Assembly (NCBI GenBank): GCA_964016885.1
Contig: OZ024741.1
Span: 87,172,001-87,236,000, forward strand
Direction of reading: 5' to 3'
Length of the DNA: 64,000 nt
DNA from: Eledone cirrhosa
Lineage: Eukaryota
A model generated the notes under the pieces. That model was not told where the DNA came from. It was given only the letters and a program-made list of their open reading frames with translations, and made no database searches. This document shows positions 1-15,000 of this stretch, one piece after another. The position numbers and the translations under genes were made by a program. The stretch's first letter is position 1, and every line of letters begins with the position of its first letter.

Positions 1-3000
1 AGTGGTGGTGTACTGGTGGTGTTTTGGTGGTGTATTGGTGGTGTAGTGTTGATGTATTGGTTGTGTAGTGTCGATATACTCGTGGTGTGTTGGTGGTGTA
101 CTGGTGGTGTAGTGTTGATGTACTGGTGGTGTATTGGTGGTGTACTGGTCGTGTATTGGTGGTGTACTTGTGGTGTACTGGTGGTGTACTAGTGGTGTAT
201 TGGTGGTGTACTGGTGGTGTACTGGTGGTGTACTGGTGGTGCATTGGTGGTGTACTAGTGGTGTATTAGTGGTGTAATGGTGGTGTATTGGTGGTGTATT
301 TGCGGCGTATTGGTGGTGTACTGGTGGTATATTGGTGGTGTACTGGTGGCGTATTGGTAGGGTAATGGTGGTGTAGTAGTGGTGTAGTGTTTATGTACTG
401 GTGGTGTAGTGGTGGTGTAGTGTGGATGTACTGGTGGTGTAATAATGGTGTACTGGTGATGTATTGGTGGTGTACTGCTGGTGTACTGGTGGTGTACTGG
501 TGGTGTAGTGGTGGTGTATTGGTGGTGTACTGGTGGTGTATTGGTGGTGTAGTATTGATGTACTGGTGGTGTGCTGGTGGTGTAGTGTTGATGTACTGGT
601 GGTGTAGTGTTGATGTATTGGTGGTGTACTGGTGGTGTATTGGTGGTGTAGTGTTGATGTACTGGTGGTGTAGTGGTGGTGAACTGGTGCTGTAGTGTTT
701 ATGTACTGGTGGTGTAGTGGTGGTGTAATGGTGGTGTAATGGTGGTGTAGTGTTGATGTACTGGTGGTGTACTGGAGGTGTATTGGTGGTGTAATGGTGG
801 TGTAGTGTTGATGTACTGGTGGGGTACTGGTGGTATATTGGTGATGTAGTGTTGATCTACTGGTGGTGTAGTGTTGATGTACTGGTGGTGTAATGGTGGA
901 GTATTGGTGGTGTACTGGTGTTAGTGCTGGTGTAGTGTTGATGTACTGGTGGTGTAGTGGTGGTGTAATGGTGGTGTATTGGTGCTGTAGTGTTGATGTA
1001 CTGGTTGTATATTGGTGATGTAGTGTTGATGTACTTGTGGTGTAGTGTTGATGTACTGGTGGTGTATTGGTGGAGTATTGGTGGTGTACTGGTGGTAGTG
1101 GTGGTGTAGTGTTGATCTACTGGTTGTGTACTGCTGGTGTATTGGTGGTGTACTGGTGGTGTATTGGTGGAGTATTGATGGTGTACTGGTGGTAGTGGTG
1201 GTGTAGTGTTGATGTACTGCTAGTGTATTCGTGTTGTAGTGGTGGTGTACTGGTGCTGTATTGGTGGTGTACTGGTGCTGTAGTGTTGATGTACTGGTGG
1301 TGTATTGGTGGTGTACGGGTGGTGTAGTGTTCATGTACAGGTGGTGTACTGGTGGTGTACTGGTGGTGTATTGGTGGTGTATTGGTGGTGTATTGGTGGT
1401 GTAGTGTTGATGTACTGGTGGTGTAGTGTTGATGTATTGGTGGTGTACTGGTGGTGTATTGGTGGTGTAGTGTTGAGGTACTGGTGCTGTAGTGTTTATG
1501 TACTGGTGGTGTAGTGTTGATGTACTGGTGGTATATTGGTGATGTAGTGTTGATCTACTGGTGGTGTAGTGTTGATGTACTGGTGCTGTAATGGTGGAGT
1601 ATTGGTGGTGTACTGGTGGTAGTGCTGGTGTAGTGTTGATGTACTGGTGGTGTAGTGGTGGTGTAATGGTGGTGTATTGGTGCTGTAGTGTTGATGTACT
1701 GGTGGTATATTGGTGATGTAGTGTTGATGTACTTGTGGTGTAGTGTTGATGTACTGGTGGTGTATTGGTGGAGTATTGGTGTTGTATTGCTGGTAGTGGT
1801 GGTGTAGTGTTGATCTACTGGTGGTGTACTGGTGGTGTATTGGTGGTGTACTGGTGGTGTATTGGTGGTGTATTGGTGGTGTAGTGTTGATGTACTGGTG
1901 GTGTAGTGGTGGTGTATTGGTGGTGCAGTTTTGATGTACTGGTGGTGTAGTGGTGGTGTAGTGTTGATGTACTGGTGGTGTAGTGGTGGTGTACTGGTGG
2001 TGTACTGGTGGTGTATTGGTGGTGTAATGTTGATGTACTGGTGGTGTAGCGGTGGTGTAGTGGTGGTGTAGTGTTGATGTAGTGGTGGTGTAGTGGTGAT
2101 GTAGTGTTGATGTACTGGTGCTGTAGTGGTAGTGTAGTGGTGGTGTGTTGGTGCTGTAGTGTTGATCTACTGGTGGTGTACTGGTGGTGTATTGGTGGTG
2201 CAGTGTTGATGTACTGGTGGTGTATTGGTGGTGTACTGGTAGTGTATTGGTGGTGTACTGTTGATGTACTGGTTGTGTAGTGGTGGTGTAGTGGTGGTGT
2301 AGTGTTGATGTAGTGGTGGTGTACTGGTAGTGCAGTGGTGGTGTAGTGGTGGTGTACTGTTGATGTAATGGTGGTCTATTAGTGGTGTATTGGTGACGTA
2401 CTGGTGGTGTATTGGTGGTGAATTGGTGGTGTAGTGGTGGTGTATTTGTCGTGTACTGGTTGTGTATTGGTGGTGTATTGGTTGCGTAGTGTTGATGTAT
2501 TGGTTGTGTAGTGTCGATATACTCGTGGTGTGTTGCTGGTGTACTGGTGGTGTATTGGTGGTGTACTTGTGGTGTACTGGTGGTGCATTGGTGGTGTACT
2601 GGTGGTGTATTGGTGGTGTACTGGTGGTGTATTGGTGGTGTATTGGTGGTGTAGTGTTGATGTACTGGTGGTGTATTGGTAGTGTACTGGTGGTGTATTG
2701 GTGGTGTACTTGTGGTGTACTGGTGGTGCATTGGTGGTGTACTGGTGGTGTATTGGTGGTGTACTGGTGGTGTATTGGTGGTGTATTGGTGGTGTAGTGT
2801 TGATGTACTGGTGGTGTATTGGTGGTGTATTGGTGGTGTACTGGTGGTGTATTGGTGGTGTAGTGTTGATGTACTGGTAGTGTACTGGTGGTGTATTGGT
2901 GGTGTAGTGTTGATGTACTGGTGGTGCATTGGTGGTTTATTGGTGGCGTACTGGTGGTGTCGTTGTGGTGTACTGGTGGTGTATTGGTGGTGTACTGGTG

Positions 3001-6000
3001 GTGTATTGGTGGTGTAGTGGTTCTATATTGGTGGTGTATTGGTGGTGTACTGGTGGTGTATTGGTGGTGTACTCGTGGTGTATCGGTGTTGTTTTAGTGG
3101 TGAATTGGTTGCGTATTGGTGGTGTATTGATGGGGTATTGGTGATGTTGTGTTGATGTACTGGTGGTGTAGTGTTGATGTACTGGTGGTGTACTGGTGGT
3201 GTATTGGTGGTTTAGTTTTGATGTACTGGTGGTGTAGTGGTGGTGAACTGCTGGTGTAGTGTTGATGTACCGGTGGTGTAGTGGTGGTGTAATGGTGGTT
3301 TATTGGTGGTGTAGTGTTGATGTACTGGTGGTATATTGGTGATGTAGTGTTGATCTACTGGTGGTGTAGTGTTGATGTACTGGTGGTGTAGTGGTGGTGT
3401 ACTGGTGCTGTATTGCTGGTGTACTGGTGGTGTATTGGTGGTGTAAAGGGTGGTGTAGTGTTCATGTACAGGTGGTGTATCGAGGGTGTACTGGTGGTGT
3501 AGTGGTGGTGTAGTGGTATGTAGTGTTGATGTACTGGTGCTGTAGTGGTGGTGTAGTGGTGGTGTAGTGGTGATGTAGTGTTGATGTACTGGTGGTGTAC
3601 TGGTGGTGTATTGGTGGTGCAGTGTTGATGTATTGGTGGTGTAGTGGTGGTGTAGTGGTGGTGCAGTGTTGATGTAGTGGTGGTGTACTGGTAGTGTAGT
3701 GGTGGTGTAGTGGTGGTGTACTGGTGGTGTTTTGGTGGTGTATTGGTGGTGTACTGGTGGTTTATTTGTGGTGTACAGGTGGTGTATTGGTGGTGTATTG
3801 GTTGCGTAGTGTTGATGTATTGGTTGTGTAGTGTCGATATACTCGTGGTGTGTTGGTGGTGTACTGGTGGTGTAGTGTTGATGTACTGGTGGTGTATTGG
3901 TGGTGTACTGGTGGTGTATTGGTGGTGTACTTGTGGTGTACTGGTGGTGTACTAGTGGTGTACTGGTGGTGCATTGGTGGTGTACTAGTGGTGTATTGGT
4001 GGTGTACTGGTGGTGTACTGGTCGTGTACTGGTGGTGTATTGGTGGTGTATTGGTGATGTATTGGTGATGTACTGGTGGTGTACTGGTGGTGTACTGGTG
4101 GTGTATTGGTGGGGTAGTGGTGGTGTAGTGGTGGTGTAGTGTTTATGTACTGGTGGTGTAGTGGTGGTGTAGTGTTGATGTACTGGTGGTGTAATCATGG
4201 CGTACTGGTGATGTACTGGTGGTGTACTGCTGGGGTACTGGTGGTGTACGGGTTGTGTATTGGTGGTGTATTGGTGGTGTACTGATGGTGTATTGGTGGT
4301 GTAGTGTTGATGTACTGGTGTTGTACTGGTGGTGTATTGGTGGTGTATTTGTGGTGTAGTGTTGATGTACTTGTGGTGTAGTGGTGGTGTACTGGTGGTG
4401 TAGTGTTGATGTACTGGTGGTGTAGTGGTGGTGTAGAGGTGGTGTATTGGTGGTGTATTGGTGGTGTTGTGTTGATGTACTGGTGGTGTAGTGTTGATGT
4501 ACTGGTGGTGTAGTGGTGGTTGTATTGGTGGTGTACTGGTGGAGTATTGGTGGTGTACTGGTGGTGTATTGTTGATGTACTGGTGGTGTAGTGGTGGTGT
4601 ACTGGTGGTGTAGTACTTGTGTATTGGTGGTATACTGGTGGTGTAGTGTTGATGTACTGGTGGTGTAGTCGTGGCGTATTGTTGATGTACTGGTGGTGTG
4701 TACTAGTGATGTACTAGTGGTGGTTTACTGGTGCTGTATTGGTGGTGTACTGTTGGTGTACTGGTGGTGTAGTGTTGATGTACTGGTGGTGTAGTGTTGA
4801 TGTACTGGTGGTGTAGTGGTGGTGTACTGGTGGTGTATTGGTGATGTATTGGTGGTGTAGTGTTGATGTACTTGTGGTGTATTGTTGATGTACTGGTGGT
4901 GTAGTGGTGGTGTACTGGTGGTGTATTGGTGGTGTACTGGTGGTGTAGTGTTGATGTACTGGTGGTGTATTGGTGGTGTACTGGTGGTGTAATGTTGATG
5001 TACTGGTGGTGTACTGGTGGTGTATTGGTGGTATACTGGTGGTGTATTGGTGGTGTAGTGTTGATGTACTGGTGGTGTAGTGGTGGTGTAGTGGTGGTGT
5101 AGTCTTGATGTAGTGGGGGTGTACTGGTTGTGTAGTGTTGATGTACTGGTGGTGTAGTGGTGGTGTAGTGCTGGTGTAGTGTTGATGTACTGGTGGCGTA
5201 GTGTTGATGTACTGGTGGTGTAGTGGTGGTGTAGTGTGGATGTTCTGGAGGTGTAGTGGTGGTGTTACGGGTGGAGTATTGGTGGTGTACTGTTGATGTA
5301 TTGGTGGTCTATTAGTGGTGTATTGCTGATGTACGGGTGGTGTATTGGTGGTGTATTGGTGGTGTACTGGTGGTGTATTGGTGGTGTATTGTTGATGTAT
5401 TGGTGGTGTAGTGTCGATATACTCGTGGTGTGTTGGTGGTGTACTGGTCGTGTAGTGTTGATGTACTCGTGGTGTATTGGTGGGGTACTGCTGGTGTATT
5501 AGTGGTGTACTGGTGATTGGTGGTGTACTGGTGGTGTACTGGTGGTGTATTTTTGGTGTAGTGTTGATGTATTGGTGGTATATTAGTGGTGTATTGGTAA
5601 TGTACTGGTGGTGTATTGGTGGTGTACTGATGGTGTATTGGTGGTATACTGGTGGTGTAGTGGTGGTGTATTAGTGGGGTAGTGGTGGTGTAGTGTTGAT
5701 GTACTGGTGGTGTATTGATGGTGTACTGGTGGTGTATTGGTGGTGTACTGGTGGTGTACTGGTGGTGTACTGGTGGTGTATTGGTGGTGTATTGATGGTG
5801 TACTGGTGGTGTATTGGTGGAGTATTGGTGGTGTACTGGTGGTGGGTGGTGGTGTAGTGGTTGTATATTGGTGGTGTAGTGGTGGTGTATTGGTGGTTTA
5901 TTGGTGGTATACTGGTGGTGTACTGGTGGTGTATTAGTGGTGTATTGGTGATGTAGTGTTGATGTACTGGTGGTGTAGTGTTGATGTACTGGTAGTGTAG

Positions 6001-9000
6001 TGTTGATGTACTGGTGGTGTAGTGATCACGTAGTAGTGGTGTACTGGTGGTGTATTGGTAGTGTACTGGTCGTGTAGTGTTGATGTACTGGTGGTGTACT
6101 GGTGGTGTAGTGTTGATGTACTGGTGGTGTATTGGTGGTGTATTGGTGGTGTACTGGTGGTGTACTGGTGGTGTATTGGTGATGTATTGGTGGTGTAGTG
6201 TTGATGTACTGGTGGTGTATTGTTGATGTACTGGTGGTGTAGTGTTGATGTACTGGTGGTGTATTGGTGGTGTACTGGTGGTTTAGTGGTAGTGTATTGG
6301 TGTTTTACTGGTGGTGTAGTGTTGATGTACTGGTGGTGTACTGGTGGTGTATTGGTGGTGTAGTGTTGATGTACTGGTGGTGTAGTGGTGGTGTAGTGGT
6401 GGTGTAGTGTTGATGTAGTGGTGGTGTACTGGTTGTGTAGTGTTGATGTACTGGTGGTGTAGTGGTGGCGTAGTGCTGGTGTAGTGTTGATGTACTGGTG
6501 GCGTAGTGTTGATGTACTGGTGGTGTAGTGGTGGTGTAGTGTGGATGTTATGGAGGTGTAGTGGTGGTGTAGTGGTGGTGTATTGGTGGTGTTACGGGTG
6601 GAGTATTGGTGGTGTACTGTTGATGTATTGGTGGTCTATTAGTGGTGTATTGCTGATGTACGGGTGGTGTATTGGTGGTGTATTGGTGGTGTACTGGTGG
6701 TGTATTGGTGGTGTATTGTTGATGTATTGGTGGTGTAGTGTCGATATACTCGTGGTGTGTTGGTGGTGTACTGGTGCTGTAGTGTTGATGAACTGGTGGT
6801 GTATTGGTGGTGTACGAGTGGTGTAGTGTTCATGTACAGGTGGTGTATTGGTGGTGTACTGGAGGTGTAGTGGTGGTGTAGTGGTGATGTAGTGTTGATG
6901 TACTGGTGGTGTAGTGGTGGTGTAGTGGTGGTGTAGTGGTGCTGTAGTGTTGATGTACTGGTGGTGTACTGGTGGTGTATTGGTGGTGCAGTGTTGATGT
7001 ACTGGTGGTGTATTGGTGGTGTACTGGTGGTGTATTGGTGGTGTAGTGGTGATGTATTGGTGGTGTAGTGGTGGTGTAGTGGTGGTGTAGTGTTGATGTA
7101 GTGGTGGTGTACTGGTAGTGTAGTGGTGGTGTAGTTGTGGTGTACTGTTGATGTACTGGTGGTCTATTAGTGGTGTATTGGTGGTGTATTGGTGGTGTAC
7201 TTGTGGTTTATTTGTGGTGTACTGGTGGTGTATTGGTGGTGTATTGGTTGCGTAGTGTTGATGTATTGGTTGTGTAGTGTCGATATACTCGTGGTGTTTT
7301 GGTGGTGTACTGGTGGTGTAGTGTTGATGTACTGGTGCTGTATTAGTGGTGTACTGGTGGTGCATTGGTGGTGTACTAGTGGTGTATTGGTGGTGTACTG
7401 GTGGTGTAATGGTCGTGTACTGGTGGTGTATTGATGGTGTACTGGTGGTGTATTGGTGGGGTAGTGGTTGTGTAGAGGTGGTGTAGTGTTTATGTACTGG
7501 TGGTGTAGTGGTGGTGTAGTGTTGATGTACTGGTGGTGTAATCATGGTGTACTGGTGATGTATTGGTGGTGTACTGCTGGTGTACTGGTGGTGTACTGGT
7601 GGTGTATTGGTGGTGTATTGGTGGTGTACTGGTGGTTTATTGGTGGTGTAGTATTGATGTACTGGTGGTGTACTGGTGGTGTATTGGTGGTGTAGTATTG
7701 ATGTACTTGTGGTGTAGTGGTGGTGTACTGGTGGTGTAGTGTTGATGTACTGGTGGTGTAGATGTGGTGTATTGGTGGTGTATTGGTGGTGTAGTGTTGA
7801 TGTACTGGTGGTGTAGTGTTGATGTACTGGTGGTGTAGTGGTGGTTGTAGTGGTGGTGTACTGGTGGTGTATTGGTGGTGTACTGGTGGTGTAGTGTTGA
7901 TGTACTGATGATGTATTGGTAGTGTACTGGTGTTGTAGTGTTGATGTACTGGTGGCGTATTGGTGGTGTACTGGTGGTGTAGTTGTGGTGTATTGGTGGT
8001 ATACTGGTGGTGTAGTGTTGATGTATTGGTGATGTAGTGTTGATGTACTGGTGGTGTACTGGTGGTGTATTGGTGGTGTACTGGTGGTGTAGTAGTGGTG
8101 TATTGGTAGTATACTGGTGGTGTAGTGTTGATGTACTGGTGGTGTAGTCGTGGTGTAGTGTTGATGTACTGGTGGTGTAGTGTTGATGTACTGGTGGTGT
8201 ACTGGTGGCGTAGTGTTGATGTACTGGTGGTGTACTGGTGGTGTATTGGTGGTGTACTGGTGGTGTATTGGTGGTGCACAGGTGGTGTATTGGTGGTGTA
8301 GTGTTGATGTACTGGTGGTGTATTGGTCGTGTAGTGTTGATATACTGGTGGTGTAGTGTTGATGTACTGGTGGTGTACTGTTAATGTACTGGTGGTCTAT
8401 TAGTGGTGGTGTAGTGGTGGTGTAGTAGTGGTATAGTGTTGATGTACTGGTGGTGTATTGGTGGTGTAGTGTTTATGTACTGGTGGTGTAGTCGTCGTGT
8501 AGTAGTGGTGTACTGGTGGTGTATTGGTTGTGTACTGGTGGTGTAGTGTTCATGTACTGGTGGTGTATTAGTGGGGTAATTGTGGTGTAGTGGTGGTGTT
8601 CTGGTGGTGTATTGGTGATGCACTGGTGGTGTAGTGTTGATGTACTGGTGGTGTAGTGTTGATGTACTGGTGGTGTAGTGGTGGTGTAGTGTTGATGTAC
8701 TGATGGTGTATTGTTGGTGTAGTGTTGATATACTTGTGGAGTACTGGTGGTGTAGTGTTGATGTACTGGTGGTGTAATGTTGGTGTAGTGCTGATGTACT
8801 GGTGGTGTAGTGGTGGTGTACTGGTGGTGTATTGGTGGTGTAGTGTTGATGTACTGGTGGTGTATTGTTGATGTACTGGTGGTGTAGTGGTGATGTAGTG
8901 GTGGTGTAGTGGTGGTGTAGTGTTGATGTAGTGGTGATGTACTGGTAGTGTAGTGTTGATGTACTGCTGGTGTAGTAGTGGTGTAGTGTTGATGTACTGG

Positions 9001-12000
9001 TGGTTTAGTAGTGGTGTAGTGTTGATGTACTGGTGGCGTAGTGTTGATGTACTGGTTGTGTAGTGGTGGTTTACTGGTGCTGTATTGGTGGTGTACTGGT
9101 GCTGTAGTGTTGATGAACTGGTGGTGTATTGGTGGTGTACGGGTGGTGTAGTGTTCATGTACAGGCGGTGTATTGGTGGTGTACTGGTGGTGTAGTGGTG
9201 GTGTAGTGATGATGTAGTGTTGATGTACTGGTGCTGTAGTGGTGGTGTAGTGGTGGTGTAGTGGTGCTGTAGTGTTGATGTACTGGTGGTGAACTGGTGG
9301 TGTATTGGTGGTGCAGTGTTGATGTACTTGTGGTGTATTGGTGGTGTAATGGTGGTGTATTGGTGGTGTAGTTTTGATGTATTTGTGGTGTATTGGTGGT
9401 GTACTGGTGGTGTATTGGTGGTGTAGTTTTGATGTATTTGTGGTGTAGTGGTGGTGTAGTGGTGGTGCAGTGTTGATGTAGTGTTGGTGTACTGGTAGTG
9501 TAGTTGTGGTGTAGTGGTGGTGTACTGGTGGTGTATTGGTGGTGTATTGGTGGTGTACTGGTGGTTTATTTGTGGTGTATTGGTGGTGTACTGGTGGTGT
9601 ATTGGTGGTGTACTTGTGGTGTACTGGTGGTTGTACTAGTGGTGTATTGGTGCTGTACTGGTGGTGTACTGGTGGTGTACTGGTGGTGCATTGGTGGTGT
9701 ACTTGTGGTGTATTGGTGGTGTACTTGTGGTGTACTGGTCGTGTACTGGTGGTCTATTGGTGGTGTATTGGTGATGTATTGGTGATGTACTGGTGGTGTA
9801 TTGGTGGTGTACTGGTGGTGTATTGGTGGGGTAGTGGTGGTGTAGTGGTGGTGTAGTGTTTATGTACTGGTGGTGTAGTGGTGGTGTAGTGTTGATGTAC
9901 TGGTGGTGTAATCATGGGTACTGGTGATGTATTGGTGGTGTACTGCTGGTGTACTGGTGGTGTACTTGTGGTGTATTGGTGGTGTATTGGTGGTGTACTG
10001 ATGGTGTACTGGTGGTGTATTGGTGGTGTATTGGTGGTGTAGTGTTGATGTACTTGTGGTGTAGGGTGGTGTACTGGTGGTGTAGTGTTGATGTACTGGT
10101 GGTGTAGTGTTGGTGTAGTGTTGATGTACTGGTGGTGTAGTGGTGGTGTACTGGTGGTGTATTGGTGGTGTAGTGTTGATGTACTGGTGGTGTATTGTTG
10201 ATGTACTGGTGGTGTAGTGGTGGTGTAGTGGTGGTGTAGTGGTGGTGTAGTGTTGATGTACTGGTGGTGTAGTAGTGGTGTAGTGTTGATGTACTGGTGG
10301 CATAGTGTTGATGTACTGGTTGTGTAGTGGTGGTTTACTGGTGCTGTATTGGTGGTGTACTGGTGCTGTAGTGTTGATCAACTGGTGGTGTATTGGTGGT
10401 ATACGGGTGGTGTAGTGTTCATGTACAGGCGGTGTATTGGTGGTGTACTGGTGGTGTAGTGGTGGTGTAGTGGTGATGTAGTGTTGATGTACTGGTGCTG
10501 TAGTGGTGGTGTAGTGGTGGTGTAGTGGTGCTGTAGTGTTGATGTACTGGTGGTGAACTGGTGGTGTATTGGTGGTGCAGTGTTGATGTACTTGTGGTGT
10601 ATTGGTGGTGTACTGGTGGTGTATTGGTGGTGTAGTGTTGATGTATTTGTGGTGTAGTGGTGGTGTAGTGGTGGTGCAGTGTTGATGTAGTGTTGGTGTA
10701 CTGGTAGTGTAGTTGTGGTGTAGTGGTGGTGTACTGGTGGTGTATTGGTGGTGTATTGGTGGTGTACTGGTGGTTTATTTGTGGTGTATTGGTGGTGTAC
10801 TGGTGGTGTATTGGTGGTGTACTTGTGGTGTACTGGTGGTGTACTAGTGGTGTATTGGTGCTGTACTGGTGGTGTACTGGTGGTGTACTGGTGGTGCATT
10901 GGTGGTGTACTTGTGGTGCATTGGTGGTGTACTTGTGGTGTATTGGTGGTGTACTGGTCGTGTACTGGTGGTCTATTGGTGGTGTATTGGTGATGTATTG
11001 GTGATGTACTGGTGGTGTATTGGTGGTGTACTGGTGGTGTATTTGTGGGGAAGTGGTGGTGTAGTGGTGGTGTAGTGTTTATGTACTGGTGGTGTAGTGG
11101 TGGTCTAGTGTTGATGTACTGGTGGTGTAATCATGGGTACTGGTGATGTATTGGTGGTGTACTGCTGGTGTACTGGTGGTGTACTTGTGGTGTATTGGTG
11201 GTGTATTGGTGGTGTACTGGTGGTGTACTGGTGGTGTATTGGTGCTGTATTGGTGGTGTAGTGTTGATGTACTTGTGGTGTAGGGTGGTGTACTGATGGT
11301 GTAGTGTTGATGTACTGGTGGTGAAGTGGTGGTGTAGAGGTGGTGTATTGGTGGTGTATTGGTGGTGTAGTGTTGATGTACTGGTGGTGTAGTGTTGATG
11401 TACTGGTGGTGTAGTGGTGGTTGTATTGGTGGTGTACTGGTGGTGTATTGGTGGTGTACTGGTGGTGTAGTGTTGATGTACTGATGATTTATTGGTGGTG
11501 TACTGGTGGTGTAGTGTTGATGTACTGGTGGTGTATTGGTGGTGTACTGGTGGTGTAGTAGTGGTGTATTGGTGGTATACTGGTGGTGTAGTGTTGATGT
11601 ACTGGTGGTGTAGTCGTGGCGTATTGTTGATGTACTGGTGGTGTGTACTAGTGATGGTTTACTGGTGCTGTATTGGTGGTGTACTGGTGCTGTAGTGTTG
11701 ATGTACTGGTGGTGTATTGGTGGTGTACGGGTGGTGTAGTGTTCATGTACAGGTGGTGTATTGGTGGTGTACTGGTGGTGTATTGCTGGTGTAGTGGTGC
11801 TGTACTGTGGTGTATCAATGGTGTATTGGTGGTGTAGTGTTGATGTACTGGTGGTGTATTGGTGGTGTACTGGTGGAGTATTGCTGGTGTACTGGTGGTG
11901 TACTGGTGGTGTAGTGGTGGTGTATTGGTTGTGCATTGGTGGTGTACTGGTGGTGTGCTGTTGGTCTAGTGGTGGTGTAGTTGTGGTGTATTGGTGGTGT

Positions 12001-15000
12001 ATTTGTGGTGTATTGGTGGTGTAGTGTTGATGTACTAGTGGTGTATTGGTGGTGTATTGGTGGTGTACTGGTGGTGTATTGGTGGTGTAGTGTTGATGTA
12101 CTTGTGGTGTAGTGGTGGGGTAGAGGTGGTGTATTGGTGGTGTATTGGTGGTGTATTGGTGGTGTATTGGTGGTGTAGTGTTGAAGTACTTGTGGTGTAG
12201 TGTTGATGTACTGGTGGTGTAGTGGTGGTTGTAGTGGTGCTGTACTGGTGCTGTATTGGTGGTGTACTGGTGATGTAGTGTTGATGTACTAATGATGTAT
12301 TGGTGATGTAGTGTTGATGTACTGGTGGTGTAGTGCTGGTGTAGTGGTGGTGTAGTGGTGGTGTAGTGTTGATGTAGTGGTGGTGTACTGGTAGTGTAGT
12401 GTTGATGTACTGGTGGTGTAGTGGTGGTGTAGTGTTGATGTACTGGTGGCGTAGTGTTGATGTACTGGTGGTGTAGTGTTGGGGTAGTGTTGATGTTCTG
12501 GAGGTGTAGTGGTGCTGTAGTAGTAGTGTTACGGGTGGATTATTGGTGGTGTACTGGTGGTTCAATGGTGGTGTATTGGTGGTATATTGGTGTTGTATTG
12601 TTGGTGTATTGGTGGGATAGTGGTGGTGTATTGGTGGTGTAGTGTTGATCTACTGGTGATGTACAGGTGGTGTATTGGTGGTGTACTGGTGGTGTATTGG
12701 TGGAGTATTGGTGGTGTACTGGTGGTAGTGGTGGTGTAGTGTTGATGTACTTGTAGTGTATTGGTGGTGTACTGGTGGTTTATTGGTGGTGTACTGGTGG
12801 TGTACTGGTGGTGTACTGGTGGTGTATTGGTGGTGTATCGGCGCAATATTGGTGGTGTATTGGTGGTCTTGCGTTGATGTATTGGTGGTGTATTGGTGAT
12901 GTACTGGTGGTGTATTGGTGGTTTATTGGAGGTGTACTGGTGGTGTATATGTGGAGTATTGGTGGTGTACTGGTGGTGTAGTGGTGGTGTACTGGTGGTG
13001 TATTGGTGGTGTACTGGTGGTGTATTGGTGGTGTACTCGTGATGTATTGGTGGTGTTTTAGTGGTGTATTCGTTGCGTATTGGTGGTGTATTGATGGGGT
13101 ATTGGTGATGTAGTGTTGATGCACTGGTGGTGTAGTGTTGATGTACTGGTGGTGTACTGGTGGTGTATTGGCGGTGTAGTGGTGGTGAACTTGTGGTGTA
13201 GTGTTGATGTACTGATGGTGTAGTGGTGGTGTACTGGTGCTCTATTGGTGGTGTACTGGTGGTGTATTGGTGGTGTACGAGTGGTGTAGTGTTCATGTAC
13301 AGGTGGTGTATTGGTGGTGTACTGGAGGTGTAGTGGTGGTGTAGTGGTGATGTAGTGTTGATGTACTGGTGCTGTAGTGGTGGTGTAGTGGTGGTGTAGT
13401 GGTGCTGTAGTGTTGATGTACTGGTCGTGTACTGGTGGTGTATTGGTGGTGCACTGGTGGTGTATTGGTGGTGTAGTGTTGATGTATTGGTGGTGTATTG
13501 GTCGTGTAGTGTTGATATACTGGTGGTGTAGTGTTGATGTACTGGTGGTGTAGTCGTGGTGTAGTGTTGATGTACTGGTGGTGTAGTGTTGATGTACTGG
13601 TGGTGTACTGGTGGCGTAGTGTTGATGTACTGGTGGTGTACTGGTCGTGTATTGGTGGTGTACTGGTGGTGTATTGGTGGTGCATAGGTGGTGTATTGGT
13701 GGTGTAGTGTTGATGTACTGGTGGTGTATTGGTCGTGTAGTGTTGATATACTGGTGGTGTAGTGTTGATGTACTGGTGGTGTACTGTTGATGTACTGGTG
13801 GTCTATTAGTGGTGTATTGGTTGTGTACTCGTGATGTATTGGTGGTGTTTTAGTGGTGTATTAGTTGCGTATTGGTGGTGTATTGATGGGGTATTGGTGA
13901 TGTAGTGTTGATGCACTGGTGGTGTAGTGTTGATGTACTGGTGGTGTACTGGTGGTGTATTGGCGGTGTATTGGTGGTGTACTGATGGTGTATTAATGGT
14001 GTACTGGTGCTGTAGTGGCGATGTAGTGGAGGTGTAGTGGTGCTGTAATTTTGATGTACTGGTGGTGTACTGGTGGCATATTGGTGGTGCAGTGTTGATG
14101 TACTGGTGGTGCAGTGGTGGTGTAGTGGTGGTGTAGTAGTGGTATAGTGTTGATGTACTGGTGGTGTATTGGTGGTGTAGTGTTTATGTACTGGTGGTGT
14201 AGTGGTGGTGTAGTGTTGATGTACTGGTGGTGTAATCATGGGTACTGGTGATGTATTGGTGGTGTACTGCTGGTGTACTGGTGGTGTACTTGTGGTGTAT
14301 TGGTGGTGTATTGGTGGTGTACTGGTGGTGTACTGGTGGTGTATTGGTGCTGTATTGGTGGTGTAGTGTTGATGTACTTGTGGTGTAGGGTGGTGTACTG
14401 ATGGTGTAGTGTTGATGTACTGGTGGTGAAGTGGTGGTGTAGAGGTGGTATATTGGTGGTGTATTGGTGGTGTAGTGTTGATGTACTGGTGGTGTAGTGT
14501 TGATGTACTGGTGGTGTAGTGGTGGTGTACTGGTGGTGTATTGGTGGTGTAGTGTTGATGTACTGGTGGTGTATTGTTGATGTACTGGTGGTGTAGTGGT
14601 GGTGTAGTGGTGGTGTAGTGGTGGTGTAGTGGTGGTGTAGTATTGATGTAGTGGTGATGTACTGGTAGTGTAGTGTTGATGTACTGCTGGTGTAGTAGTG
14701 GTGTAGTGTTGATGTACTGGTGGTTTAGTAGTGGTGTAGTGTTGATGTACTGGTGGCGTAGTGTTGATGTACTGGTTGTGTAGTGGTGGTTTACTGGTGC
14801 TGTATTGGTGGTGTACTGGTGCTGTAGTGTTGATGAACTGGTGGTGTATTGGTGGTGTACGGGTGGTGTATTGTTCATGTACAGGCGGTGTATTGGTGGT
14901 GTACTGGTGGTGTAGTGGTGGTGTAGTGGTGATGTAGTGTTGATGTACTGGTGCTGTAGTGGTGGTGTAGTGGTGGTGTAGTGGTGCTGTAGTGTTGATG